Counted from the first letter of the stretch, positions 30,302-39,788 are shown. The stretch is 64,000 nt of DNA from Nitrospirota bacterium (GCA_963701855.1 CAVPBK010000006.1:1056001-1120000), one strand, 5' to 3'. Program-made: numbers and translations. Notes: a model not told the origin generated them from the sequence alone.

Positions 30302-30583
30302 TCAGCGGGAGACGCTGCGAGAATTGGCAGCGTCCACCTCGACGGGGAGAAGAAACCGGTCTCCGTTTCTTTGCTGTACTCCTCGATTGCGCAGAATCAC
30401 CGGATCGACAATCTCGCCACATTGCACGCAGCGCTGAGCGCGGTAGTCCGACAGATCCTCGCACCACTCGGCGACCATGAGTCCGTTGCAGCGCGGACAA
30501 CGATCCGTGCTATGGATTCTTGCTCGGCTTCGAGTCGCAGCCTCAATCGATTGCTGTTGTGTCACCGCCAGCGCCGTACCCAT
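30302..30583 (-). CDS. Small zinc-ribbon protein (CxxC...CxxC)
   Basis: RCPRCNGLM...RCVQCGEIVDPVI; GGGAGG RBS before ATG 30583. Confidence 0.7.
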   Translation of the reverse strand: MGTALAVTQQQSIEAATRSRARIHSTDRCPRCNGLMVAEWCEDLSDYRAQRCVQCGEIVDPVILRNRGVQQRNGDRFLLPVEVDAANSRSVSR

Positions 30584-30641
30584 CGATGCCTCCCACAACA
30601 TCCAAAGGTTTACCTCACGCCATTCATAGCGAGATTGAATG

Positions 30642-30656
30642 GCAACTCGTGTTCCA
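30642..30656 (-). promoter_or_regulatory. sigma54 (-24/-12) promoter upstream of the zinc-ribbon/PmoD-like genes
   Basis: Minus strand TGGAACACGAGTTGC, with GG-N10-GC spacing. Confidence 0.7.
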
Positions 30657-30750
30657 GAAGGCTCCTGCCTAACCTGAATCATCGATGTCGTTGAAACTAG
30701 ATGAGATTGGGGCGATCCCCTTCGGGAATGTCTCTCGCGAAAAAAAGAAG

Positions 30751-30799
30751 TGCCGAGGATAATCTGCCGACTCGACGGCACGGTGCCGAAATGTCGGCG
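30751..30799. promoter_or_regulatory. Putative enhancer (bEBP upstream activating sites)
   Basis: TGCCGA half-site, then TGCCGACTCGACGGCA and TGCCGAAATGTCGGCG, about 110 bp upstream of the sigma54 promoter. Confidence 0.65.
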
Positions 30800-30875
30800 C
30801 GAGCAAAAACTCCTGGTGGTGATTCGTGAAGCGTCTGTGAAATGCGAGCGATGAAAGGGTGAGTAGACGAAGTGG

Positions 30876-33470
30876 TTAAGACGGGCGAGAGATACCGAGC
30901 TTCTGTATCTTGGATTGCAAGGTCGTTCGCTTCATGCCAAGCTTGGCCGCCGCCCCGGCAGGACCACCGATCGTCCAGTTCGTCTCGCGAAGTGACTTGA
31001 GAATATGCTCGCGCTCGGCTTGCTCAAGGGTCGTGGTGGCGGAGTTTGTTGTAGGACTTGGCGTCCGCTTTAACTCGACAAGTGACACAAACAGATCCTG
31101 TCCTTGGGTAAGAATCACTGCTCGCTCTATGAAATTCTCCAGTTCCCGCACATTGCCGGGCCAGTGATAGGCTTGGAGCGCTTTCATGGCTTCCGACGGG
31201 ATCGTCTCGATGCGCTTCTTCATTCGTTGGGCGAATTTCTGAGCAAAGTGTCGGACCAGCAAGGGAATATCTTCCGTTCGATCGCGCAGGGGAGGGACAG
31301 TAACCGGAAAAACCTTCAGCCGGTAATATAGATCGCTGCGAAACTTCTGCTCCTCCACCATTTGACCAAGATCACGATTGGTCGCGGCAAGTATGCGGAC
31401 ATTGACGCGTATGGTCCTGGTGCTTCCCAGTCGCTCAAATTCCTGCTCTTGGAGCACGCGCAGGAGCTTCACTTGAAGCTCCAGGGGAATTTCTCCTACC
31501 TCGTCGAGGAACAGGGTTCCACGATCAGCTAATTCAAAACGACCGATCTTGGTGGCGATCGCACCGGTGAATGCGCCTTTTTCATGTCCGAAGAGTTCGC
31601 TTTCCAACAGCCCCGTCGGAATCGCAGCGCAATTGAGCTTCACGAATGTTCGCTCTCGCCTATTGCTGAGATTGTGGAGCGCCCTCGCGACCAATTCCTT
31701 CCCGCTCCCTGTCTCGCCCAAGATCAAGACCGTCGAATCAGTCGCCGCCACAGTCTGGACTTCTTTGAGAACCAGCTTGAGAGCCCGGCTGTCCCCGACG
31801 ATTTCCTCAAAGTTGTACGCGGTCTGGATTTCCTCCTGCAGGTACAGCTTTTCCTTTGCGAGCTTGTCCCTCAGCGATGAAATTTCCTGATAGGCCATCG
31901 AATTCGCGGCGGCGAGCGCGACCTGCGCGCCTATTCGGCTGAACAATTTCGCATCGTCGTCGGTGAACGCGTCCTCCTGCATGCTGACGACGCTCAACGT
32001 GCCTAGTGCTCGCCCGTGCAAGATCAGGGGAACCGCGCATCCCGATTTCAGGCCTTCGGCCTCTGCCCGTTTCATAATTTCCGCGGGAAACTCCGTGAGG
32101 TTGAGACGTCTGACATGAACGGTCTGCTGAGTCGTGAACGCCAACCCTTCCGGAGTTCCTTCCAACGGAATGAGATCTCCCGACTCGACAAAGTCTTGAT
32201 TGCCGGGGAAGTCGAGCGCATGAGCCCGCAACTGGTTTATCTCGGGATCATAGAGACAAAACGACGCGAAATCGTGCGGGATGACACGACCGAGGCAAGC
32301 AGAGATCGCTTTCAAGAGTGCTCTCAATTCGAGATGCGACACGACGGCGTTGTTGATCTCCAGCACCAAGCTGAGCCGATCTCGCTCTCGAGCCAGAGAC
32401 TGTTGCGCGGCTTCCGTACTGGAGAAATTGAGCACATTGTCCACGGCCACTGCCACCTGTTTAGCCACCTGACCGAGCAATCCCAGGTTCTGGTCTCCGA
32501 ATGCACGGGGTTCGAGACTCCCGAACCCGATCGCGCCAAGACGTCGCATGGCAGTCGTCAAGGGAAACAGACAGACGGACTGGACGCCGATGTCCTTGAG
32601 TGCCGCCATCCCCACCGTGAATCGAGGTTCCTCGGCGAGAAACGGAATGTTTAGCGGTTGCTGGTAGGTCCAGACCCAGCCACTGGAGGACTTCTCGATC
32701 GGAAGCTCCAGCCCATCCAATCTGGTGGTGAGGTGATGAGTGGCTGCGGTTTCCAATACGTGGACCTTCATCACGTTCTTTGTGGGATCGTGGAGAATCA
32801 AGCCGATAAAGTCGAACGGAGCAACTGTCGGGAGGCGTTGCGCGAGGTCCCGAAAGAGCGCGGACAGGTCGCGGTGCGACACGATGGCTTCGGACACCTC
32901 AAGGAGAAGCCGTAACCGGTCGTGATCGTGAGTCAGATCTTGATGATGGAGGACATTATCCACCGCAACTGCGACCTGTTTGCCTACTTGTTGGAGAAAC
33001 TCAAGGTCCGTTTCACCATAGGCCTCTTTCTCTAAACTCAAGAACCCCATGGCGCCCAGTCGGCGTACCGCTGTGGTCAAGGGAACGAAGCAAAACGAAT
33101 TTCCGCCGTCCTCCTGCATGCGCTGAGTGACCTTCGGCCAGCGCGGCTCTTCAGCGACATTCGGTACAAGGACGGGCTGCTGCGTTCGCCAGACCAATCC
33201 GGCGGGACTCTCTTCGACCGGCCCTTCGTGGCCACCCACGAGATCGGCCGGCACGTTCGCCTGAATGCTGTGCAATCGCATCGTGTCACGAGCAGGATCG
33301 TGCAAGGACAGGGCGACAAAATTCACATGAATCACGCGAGGAAGGCGCTGGGCGAGATCTCGAAAGAGTTCGTCGAGGTCGCGGTGTGTGGAGATCGCCT
33401 GCGCAACCTCCAGCAGAGCTTGGTACCGCTCGGCAAGAGTCTCACAGGAATATGCGGGCTGCTTATCCAT
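30876..33470 (-). CDS. sigma54-dependent enhancer-binding protein, FhlA-like, with three GAF domains
   Basis: GETGSGKE, intact [24 protein letters not shown]-terminal HTH, and three repeated N-terminal GAF-like units. Confidence 0.93.
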   Translation of the reverse strand: MDKQPAYSCETLAERYQALLEVAQAISTHRDLDELFRDLAQRLPRVIHVNFVALSLHDPARDTMRLHSIQANVPADLVGGHEGPVEESPAGLVWRTQQPVLVPNVAEEPRWPKVTQRMQEDGGNSFCFVPLTTAVRRLGAMGFLSLEKEAYGETDLEFLQQVGKQVAVAVDNVLHHQDLTHDHDRLRLLLEVSEAIVSHRDLSALFRDLAQRLPTVAPFDFIGLILHDPTKNVMKVHVLETAATHHLTTRLDGLELPIEKSSSGWVWTYQQPLNIPFLAEEPRFTVGMAALKDIGVQSVCLFPLTTAMRRLGAIGFGSLEPRAFGDQNLGLLGQVAKQVAVAVDNVLNFSSTEAAQQSLARERDRLSLVLEINNAVVSHLELRALLKAISACLGRVIPHDFASFCLYDPEINQLRAHALDFPGNQDFVESGDLIPLEGTPEGLAFTTQQTVHVRRLNLTEFPAEIMKRAEAEGLKSGCAVPLILHGRALGTLSVVSMQEDAFTDDDAKLFSRIGAQVALAAANSMAYQEISSLRDKLAKEKLYLQEEIQTAYNFEEIVGDSRALKLVLKEVQTVAATDSTVLILGETGSGKELVARALHNLSNRRERTFVKLNCAAIPTGLLESELFGHEKGAFTGAIATKIGRFELADRGTLFLDEVGEIPLELQVKLLRVLQEQEFERLGSTRTIRVNVRILAATNRDLGQMVEEQKFRSDLYYRLKVFPVTVPPLRDRTEDIPLLVRHFAQKFAQRMKKRIETIPSEAMKALQAYHWPGNVRELENFIERAVILTQGQDLFVSLVELKRTPSPTTNSATTTLEQAEREHILKSLRETNWTIGGPAGAAAKLGMKRTTLQSKIQKLGISRPS

Positions 33471-33540
33471 GGTGGGCAGTATGGCGTATGAGTCGGTGAC
33501 GGCTCAAGAGGGGGGAGGGATGGAGACTGATGATCTTCTG

Positions 33541-33717
33541 TGCTCGCGCAACGCGCGGCCTCAGAAGGCCCTCGTTGGACGCGCGCAGTGGAAGATCAAT
33601 CAGCCCCCATCCCTGAAGAGATAGCGAGCGGTCTCGGAAGGATGGGGAGGGAGCCCCCAGGTGTCCTCTTTGCTCGCAGAACGCGCACGATAAAACGGTG
33701 CTCGTCCGATGCGCGCA
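33541..33717 (+). repeat. Family C ~49-nt repeat, two direct copies (33541-33589, 33671-33717)
   Basis: TGCTCGC..AACGCGC......CTCGT..GA.GCGCGCA occurs twice; a third copy lies on the minus strand at 43779-43827. Confidence 0.7.
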
Positions 33718-33802
33718 AGGAAGGACAGTCTGGCTATTCCCCTGAGGGCAAAGCGGGGGTAATCGGAAGGCTATGCCGGAGGTTCTACACCGGGAAGCCT
33801 CA

Positions 33803-33831
33803 TTGACACGTGCTTAAAAGGTCATGACAAT
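33803..33831 (+). promoter_or_regulatory. Putative sigma70 promoter
   Basis: TTGACA, 17-nt spacer, GACAAT, upstream of ORF 33847. Confidence 0.5.
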
Positions 33832-33846
33832 GCTCGAAAATCCGGC

Positions 33847-34617
33847 ATGAAGGAATATGAAAGCTGTTGGGATAGGCCACCATTGAACGACATGGCCCCC
33901 GAAGCTCACTTAATAGTTAGTCATCGAGAGAGATTGCAAATGGTCGACTGGTATCAACGAGATTCTTGGGTTGGGGTATTTGACATTCTCGGGTTTAAGA
34001 ATCTTATTCACCAAGCCGATCATCAAATTCTCCGCGCATTACTAATAGACAAGCTCGATGAGCTGATAAAGAGTCTAGATTCATCTCCGGTTGAGCATGG
34101 ACAACTCAAGTACCTTATCTTCTCTGATACGTTTGTTATTTTCGCACCCAACTTTCAGTCATATGGCTGGTTTCTTAGCGCATGTACAGACCTGATCGAT
34201 AAGTCGATCAATATCGAGTTACCACTTAGAGGAGCAATTAGTACTGGATTAACTTTTACTTCAAAGGACCCCCCTGTTGTTCTTGGACCCGCGTTTGTCG
34301 AGGCGCATGAATATTGTGAAGATCAGGACTGGATTGGTCTTCTGTTGACACCGTCTGCCATATCGGAACTTCGAAAGAAAAACTTGGAACCGCTCCGTCA
34401 TGATTTCGTATCAGACGAGCAGATACCATTACGAATGAAATCATCTACTGAAGTAGTCGCGTATAGATTTCAGAACGGATCTGCGAACTTCGATAGCCCA
34501 TTTCTGTCACACTTGCATCAAATGAAACATTTCGCTCAAAAATGGCAGCAGAAAGAAAAGTATGAAAGAACCATTGCTTTTATACAAAGGCACTACAGGC
34601 ACGATAAGGAAACTTAA
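33847..34617 (+). CDS. Divergent class III nucleotide-cyclase-like protein
   Basis: VFDILGFK, IFSDTF, LRGAISTG and LGPAFVEA pattern; AT-rich; start may be 33940. Confidence 0.6.
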   Translation: MKEYESCWDRPPLNDMAPEAHLIVSHRERLQMVDWYQRDSWVGVFDILGFKNLIHQADHQILRALLIDKLDELIKSLDSSPVEHGQLKYLIFSDTFVIFAPNFQSYGWFLSACTDLIDKSINIELPLRGAISTGLTFTSKDPPVVLGPAFVEAHEYCEDQDWIGLLLTPSAISELRKKNLEPLRHDFVSDEQIPLRMKSSTEVVAYRFQNGSANFDSPFLSHLHQMKHFAQKWQQKEKYERTIAFIQRHYRHDKET

Positions 34618-34707
34618 GGGGGATATTCTGGTTTTCTTGACGCGTGAGTCGAACTGCCGCCAACAACAATTCAAGATGTCCCTGCTTCTGTTTCTTCTCA
34701 ACACAGC

Positions 34708-35305
34708 GTCAGCCCCATGAATCATCTCATCGTCACAAATGTTGAAATTTACAAGGCCGTTGCCGATGAGGCTTACGAAGAGATGGTTCAGTTGGCAAGA
34801 ACAGGGCGGAGAACGAAGCCGGATGAAAGTGCTGGTTGGATACTAACCTATGACCCAACTCATGCCAGCTTTAAGAAGGCCATGATTTCACTTGTTTTTA
34901 CGGGTATGTGGCTCGAAGCGTTGGTGCATCTTGTTATCATAAGAAAATTCGGGGAAACGAAATTCAAAGAATACGATTTCAAGGCGTACGAGGAAAAACT
35001 AAGGCTCCTTGGCATAACTGACAAAGAGCTTCTTGACAGCGTATCGAGATTTCGGGCCGTCAGGAAATCCTTGGTTCATGAAAAAGCACATTTTGATGAT
35101 GGCGAAATCAAGACGGCTCAATCAGAGGCAGAGAACGCCCATCAAATGCTTCTTGGTATTCACGCTCGTATTTCGAATGAATTGGGCTAACAAGCCTGTA
35201 AGCTCGCCAGCAGTGGACATCGGTTTGGCGTTTTCAGTAAAATTGTCGCCGACGTGTTGAGTTGGACGCGCTGGTGGTCGGCGGTGCCTGGTCAGCTCTG
35301 ATTAT
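34708..35305 (+). mobile_element. Possible integron gene-cassette remnant with degenerate attC
   Basis: GTCAGCC two nt before the ATG, GGCTAAC overlapping the stop (near-complementary core sites), then an ~110-nt imperfect palindrome lacking a clean terminal GTT. Confidence 0.4.
34717..35190 (+). CDS. HEPN-like protein
   Basis: Helical 157-aa protein with an N-terminal WLEA helix and a C-terminal RKSLVH (Rx4H) motif; AT-rich. Confidence 0.55.
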   Translation: MNHLIVTNVEIYKAVADEAYEEMVQLARTGRRTKPDESAGWILTYDPTHASFKKAMISLVFTGMWLEALVHLVIIRKFGETKFKEYDFKAYEEKLRLLGITDKELLDSVSRFRAVRKSLVHEKAHFDDGEIKTAQSEAENAHQMLLGIHARISNELG

Positions 35306-35337
35306 TTCCCATTTTTTAACAGGAGGAAGAGCTAGCG

Positions 35338-35709
35338 ATGAGCACGAAATCACTCTATGAACGCCTCGGAGGCTATGACGCGATCGTTGCAGTTTCCGGG
35401 AACCTGTTGCCACGCCTCATGTCTGATTCGCGGCTGAAACGCTTCTGGGAGCATCGAGGGCAGGACGGCATCGACCGCGAAAAGCAACTCCTGATCGATT
35501 TTCTCTGCGCGAATTCGGGTGGTCCCATGTACTACACCGGGCGAGACATGAAGGTATCTCATAAAGGGATGAAGATCAATGAAGCCGATTGGACGGCCTT
35601 TATGGGGCACGTCAATGCGACCTTGGATGTGTTTAAACTTCCCCCGACTGAGCGGGGCGAGGTCGTCGGCTTTGTGCAATCTTTGAAAAAAGATATTGTC
35701 GAAGCGTAG
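35338..35709 (+). CDS. Group 1 truncated hemoglobin
   Basis: SLYERLGG, GGPMYYTGRDM and SHKGMKI motifs. Confidence 0.9.
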   Translation: MSTKSLYERLGGYDAIVAVSGNLLPRLMSDSRLKRFWEHRGQDGIDREKQLLIDFLCANSGGPMYYTGRDMKVSHKGMKINEADWTAFMGHVNATLDVFKLPPTERGEVVGFVQSLKKDIVEA

Positions 35710-35805
35710 GTGCTAGGCTAGGGGGCGTGAGACTCACGCCCCTGGCGGGAAAAATTGCAAAACTTCGATAGTCTGTGCGTCTGGTGCAAGAGCGAACGCT
35801 CATGA

Positions 35806-35927
35806 AGGATGCTCAAAATGGCCGTCCAGCGCGGCTACAGCGAGCGAAGACCGGAGGCGTACCCTCAGGGGTACGTTGAGGATCTAAGCGATGCGAGAAC
35901 AAAGCTGGCGGACTTTTTCAGCATCCT
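35806..35927 (-). repeat. Family A repeat, copy 3
   Basis: AGGATGCTCAAAA...TTTTCAGCATCCT; abuts the TAA stop of the CDGSH gene. Confidence 0.9.
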
Positions 35928-35928
35928 G

Positions 35929-36165
35929 TTAGAGTGTCTGGTGCGTGCCGTCGCAGAACGGCGGAGTCTTGGTCTGCTTGCACATGCACAAGGCAACTTC
36001 TTTCATTTCATCTACCGTAAACTCGACCGGCTCGATCCCGGTTCCTTGGTGAGACCCGTCACAGAACGGTTGGTCCCTCGAACGTCCGCATTGACACCAA
36101 TAGTAAGTTCCTGCTTCCAACGTAAGCACTTCGGGCTGCTTGGCTGCAATACGTGGTTTCTCCAT
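35929..36165 (-). CDS. CDGSH iron-sulfur domain protein (two motifs)
   Basis: WCQCGRSRDQPFCDGSH and LCMCKQTKTPPFCDGTH. Confidence 0.93.
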   Translation of the reverse strand: MEKPRIAAKQPEVLTLEAGTYYWCQCGRSRDQPFCDGSHQGTGIEPVEFTVDEMKEVALCMCKQTKTPPFCDGTHQTL

Positions 36166-36185
36166 GAACAGGCCTCCTTTGTAGA

Positions 36186-36632
36186 TTACAAATGTAACGG
36201 CTTGATCGGCGCAAGGACGGCAGCGGGGTTATTTTTCCACACTGACTCATCCGCATCAACATAGATTTCGACTTCGTTGCCATCCGGATCTCGCAGATAG
36301 AGGCTCTGACTCACCGTGTGATCGCTCATGCCGTCAATCGGTATGCCAGCCCGTTCCAGTTCCTGCTTGGCCACTCGTAGCTCGTCCAAGCTGTCTCCGA
36401 CCTTGATGCCAATGTGATAGAGCCCGCGGCGGCGACCCTGTGGAGGCCCAGGGGCGTCTCCAACCTGGATCAGGAGTAATTCGTGATGCGTGCGGCCAGA
36501 AGTGAGCGCGGCGGCGGCGCCATTGAACGCTCTTCCGATCTCATGGAATCCCAGAAGGTCGCGATAAAAAGCCAGCGACCGTTCGAGATCCTTTACATAA
36601 AACACCACATGGCCGAGGTATTGTGCTTTCAT
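36186..36632 (-). CDS. VOC/glyoxalase family protein (catechol dioxygenase-like)
   Basis: LGHVVFYVKDLERS, GLYHIG and SLYLRDPDGNEVEIY motifs. Confidence 0.88.
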   Translation of the reverse strand: MKAQYLGHVVFYVKDLERSLAFYRDLLGFHEIGRAFNGAAAALTSGRTHHELLLIQVGDAPGPPQGRRRGLYHIGIKVGDSLDELRVAKQELERAGIPIDGMSDHTVSQSLYLRDPDGNEVEIYVDADESVWKNNPAAVLAPIKPLHL

Positions 36633-36658
36633 CTGAATCACTCCTTGTTGGACGATGG

Positions 36659-37051
36659 CTACCGGAGCAGCGCTCTGACCGCTGCATGTGCCAACACCAC
36701 ATCTGGCTCTCGTTGAAGAGCCTCGTAGTAGTGTCTGCCGAATCCTGATCCCTCTTCCGATGGAGTTAGAAGTGTTCGGATCGACGCGATAAGGGTGGTA
36801 GTATCCAGGCCGTCCGGCGATTTATCTTCTTCACCGAGTTCATCGAGCTTGGCCATCGCTTGAGACAGTGGACGCAACCAGGCAAACCACGCATCTCCCA
36901 ACACCAGCTGCAAAAACGCTCCGTTGGACGGGATACGCCCATGCACACGCTCATAGGACACCCTTTCGTCATCCAGCAAGGCTTTGTGCAGACGAAGCAG
37001 CGCCTGAAATAGATGGTCGAGGTGCGCGTCTCTGTGACCTGGCTCCGACAT
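36659..37051 (-). CDS. Hypothetical helical protein
   Basis: In operon with a GGAGA RBS; LLRLHKALLD..FAWLRPLS pattern. Confidence 0.7.
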   Translation of the reverse strand: MSEPGHRDAHLDHLFQALLRLHKALLDDERVSYERVHGRIPSNGAFLQLVLGDAWFAWLRPLSQAMAKLDELGEEDKSPDGLDTTTLIASIRTLLTPSEEGSGFGRHYYEALQREPDVVLAHAAVRALLR

Positions 37052-37081
37052 GATCCGATCTCCCTATGGGTCACACGACTG

Positions 37082-38188
37082 TTACCCTGTCGGCTCGCTA
37101 TCGAGTTGGTGCGCCTTGCGTCCGCCACGGGCGAGTGGATGCTCAGGAACTTGACCGCCGACCATGAGCTTCGCCATGTCCGCGGCCCGGGCAACGAGTT
37201 GTTGTGCCCCTTCACGTAGCTCCCGGCTATTCTGCACCTCGCTGACGTTCCGTTCCATATCCTCCGCGCTCCAGCCTCGTGAATGGGCAATGAACGGAAA
37301 CTGCGGGAACTGGCAGCCGACTTCCGCGAAAAAGGTCATGAGCTGCCCGACCACGCCTTGGACATTGTCTTGCCCGCCCATGACGATAAACGACGCGACC
37401 TTGTTCTTGAGCAAATGTTTGTTAGCAATGGTCTCCTGATTTTGGATGCAGTTCATCCGCTCGACCATCTTGTAATACAGGCTGCTCGCGTTGCCCCAGC
37501 GGATCGGAGTTGAAATCAGAATCACATCGGCCCAATGCACGATGGCTTCGTACACGCGATCGAGCTGATCGGTCGGGTCCATCTGCGTAATCGAACAAGG
37601 CCAGGTGCAAGCCTGCGCTGATTTGGAATAGAACCCTTCGCACGGACGAAAGTTCAGCTCTCGGAGCCTAATGCATTGCGTCTCCAGCTTGAGCACGCTT
37701 CGGGCATGGTCGAGCGCCACGTCCAGCATCGCGTCGGAGGTACTGTATCGTGGATGTTCCGTGGTCATCGCTGTCGTCGAGATCCCAACTACACGGATCG
37801 GGCCGGCCTGACGCAACACCGGGCGTGCGAGCGGATGAGGCTTGTGCGACTGCTTCCTCCGTTTCGTGGCGGACGACAGGTCAATATAGAGACGGTTGTT
37901 CTCGATCTTGGTGGCATAGCTCGGAACCTGATCTTGTTCGTACCCCGCTTCTCCTTGACCTGTTTTGTGATGGAACTTCCAGTAATGCCAGGGACAGACG
38001 ACATAGTCGCCGTCGAGGGTGCCTTCACCCAACGGGCCACCGGCATGATTACAGGCCCCGGAGATCGCGGTAAACGAGCCATCCTTGTACGTCAGCGCAA
38101 TTGTCGTGTTCCCGGCGGAGACTTCTCGCAAGGGGGTTTTCTTTAGCTCTTCGACGCTTCCTATGTCTGTCCATTGCGTATCCGGCAT
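37082..38188 (-). CDS. Rieske [2Fe-2S] / flavodoxin-like (FMN reductase) fusion
   Basis: CNH...CPWH Rieske ligands, followed by a flavodoxin fold with STPIRWG and PCEG..ACTWPC. Confidence 0.85.
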   Translation of the reverse strand: MPDTQWTDIGSVEELKKTPLREVSAGNTTIALTYKDGSFTAISGACNHAGGPLGEGTLDGDYVVCPWHYWKFHHKTGQGEAGYEQDQVPSYATKIENNRLYIDLSSATKRRKQSHKPHPLARPVLRQAGPIRVVGISTTAMTTEHPRYSTSDAMLDVALDHARSVLKLETQCIRLRELNFRPCEGFYSKSAQACTWPCSITQMDPTDQLDRVYEAIVHWADVILISTPIRWGNASSLYYKMVERMNCIQNQETIANKHLLKNKVASFIVMGGQDNVQGVVGQLMTFFAEVGCQFPQFPFIAHSRGWSAEDMERNVSEVQNSRELREGAQQLVARAADMAKLMVGGQVPEHPLARGGRKAHQLDSEPTG

Positions 38189-38221
38189 GACAGGCTCCCT
38201 GGACGATGCGGTCACGGCACC

Positions 38222-38593
38222 TTACTTACTCGCACCAGTGTCGTAGTAAAACCTCTCGTGTACGATCTTGCCGTTCTTCCACTTGGCCACGACGACCTGC
38301 TCCATATGCACCGGCTGTCCGCTGGTGGCGATAAAGTCCAGGTTACATTCGTAGAACGTCACGTTGTCGCCCACAGCCGAGCCCGTCACGTTAAATCCTT
38401 TCCATTCCTTGACGCCGCTCATGAACTGCTTTTCCCGCTCAATGTTCGCCGTCAACCCCTTTGTCGGCGGGTTGGCATTGTCCTGCATTACAGTTTCCTT
38501 ATCGTAGAACTCACTCATGGCCTCGATGATCTTACCTTGACGGATGTAACCGAATAGATCGGCTAGCCGCTGTTGCAGATTGGTTGTGCTCAT
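38222..38593 (-). CDS. SnoaL/NTF2-like protein
   Basis: C-terminal WKNGKIVHERFYY; start overlaps the upstream stop. Confidence 0.8.
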   Translation of the reverse strand: MSTTNLQQRLADLFGYIRQGKIIEAMSEFYDKETVMQDNANPPTKGLTANIEREKQFMSGVKEWKGFNVTGSAVGDNVTFYECNLDFIATSGQPVHMEQVVVAKWKNGKIVHERFYYDTGASK

Positions 38594-39024
38594 GACCGCT
38601 TCTCCTTTCGAGGTGTGCTGGTGAATGTAATCCCGGCCTTCTGCACTTCCTGGTAAGGAAGGAGCCAGACAAGCGACTCGTCGCTGAGGTCGCCGACTTG
38701 AATACGATTCCCCCAGGGATCGCGGAAGTCGCAACGGAAGTTCGGCTGCATTGTGAGTTTGTACTTCTTCGTGAGCTTCTTCCGGACTTCCTTGATCTGT
38801 TGTTCGTCCCGGACCATCAAGCCGAAATGTTTCACACGATCCGGTTGCAGCTTGTCGACTTCAAAGATCGCCATGAATTGATGCTCACCCAACTTGCACC
38901 AGGCGGCGCCTTCACCGCCTCGGAGCATCTTCAAACCGAAGACATCAGAATAGAACTTCACCGCTTTCTTGGCGTTGGTCACCTCAATGACGATGTGGTT
39001 ACATCCGTAGACTTGGACTGCCAT
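38590..39024 (-). CDS. VOC family protein
   Basis: NHIVIEV..FYSDVFG, HFGL and FRDPWGNRIQV motifs. Confidence 0.85.
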   Translation of the reverse strand: MAVQVYGCNHIVIEVTNAKKAVKFYSDVFGLKMLRGGEGAAWCKLGEHQFMAIFEVDKLQPDRVKHFGLMVRDEQQIKEVRKKLTKKYKLTMQPNFRCDFRDPWGNRIQVGDLSDESLVWLLPYQEVQKAGITFTSTPRKEKRS

Positions 39025-39671
39025 TATGTCTCCTCCTTACTCTCCACAACTGCTTTCTCGGCCTGCTGGAAGGCCGACACAAAGATATTGGGAGATTGCG
39101 CACCGGAGATTGCAACACGGCCGTTGAGAACGAAATAGGGCACCCCGCGAATGCCCAATCGACGACCAACTGCTTCTTCTTCCTTTACCTCAACCACGCC
39201 TTCCTCACTCGCTAGAAACTCTTCTGCCTCTGTTCGATCCAGTCCGGCTTCGGCAGCGATGTGCGCAAGGGTGTTCAGATCACCGATGTTCTTGCCTTCT
39301 AGAAAATATCCACGAAAGAGAACCTCCACCACTTCGTCTTGTTTCCCTTGCTGTGCTGCATACCACACCAGCCGATGGGCAACAAAGGTGTTTGGCGTCC
39401 GTTGAATCTTCTCAAAGGCAAAGGGGATTTGTTCTTCCAGGCCGGCAGCGAGGAGTTGTTCTTCCATCCGGCCGAAGGCTTCCAAGCTCCCAAACTTAGC
39501 TTTCAGATAGGCGGTTCGATCCATTCCTTCGACTGGCATCGTCGGATTCAGTTGAAAGGGCCGCCACGTCACATGTAGATCGCCACCAACCGAGGTCAAA
39601 GCCCGTTCGAGACGCCGCTTCCCGACGTAACACCAGGGGCAGACGATGTCGGAGTAAATATCGATCTGCAT
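39024..39671 (-). CDS. DsbA/FrnE-family thiol-disulfide oxidoreductase
   Basis: SDIVCPWCYVG and GIRGVPYF..SGAQ motifs; start trimmed to MQIDIYSD. Confidence 0.9.
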   Translation of the reverse strand: MQIDIYSDIVCPWCYVGKRRLERALTSVGGDLHVTWRPFQLNPTMPVEGMDRTAYLKAKFGSLEAFGRMEEQLLAAGLEEQIPFAFEKIQRTPNTFVAHRLVWYAAQQGKQDEVVEVLFRGYFLEGKNIGDLNTLAHIAAEAGLDRTEAEEFLASEEGVVEVKEEEAVGRRLGIRGVPYFVLNGRVAISGAQSPNIFVSAFQQAEKAVVESKEET

Positions 39672-39690
39672 CAAGGACTTTTTCTCTCTC

Positions 39691-39788
39691 AGGCTAAGGT
39701 CAAGGTTCAGCAAAGATCAGACTCTCTTTATCCTCAGCCTTCAGTCTGAACCTCAACCTTCTTCATGTTGGCGGACTTTTTCAGCATC
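39691..39788. repeat. Inverted hexamer-type repeats plus a family A terminal fragment
   Basis: AGGCTAAGGTCAAGGTTCAG faces CTCAGCCTT..CTGAACCTCAACCTT, followed by TGGCGGACTTTTTCAGCATC (39769-39788). Confidence 0.55.

Noticed and set aside
35722..35742. GGGGCGTGA/TCACGCCCC hairpin as an intrinsic terminator
   Set aside because: Good stem but no adjacent U-tract on either strand, so the function is not supportable.
35809..36264. ORFs starting in or crossing family A repeats (also 4623-4928, 9158-9694, 56062-56495, 59961-60221)
   Set aside because: The recurring peptides (MLKKxx..VLAS, YVExLSDARTKLADFFSIL) are translations of the repeat, not genes.
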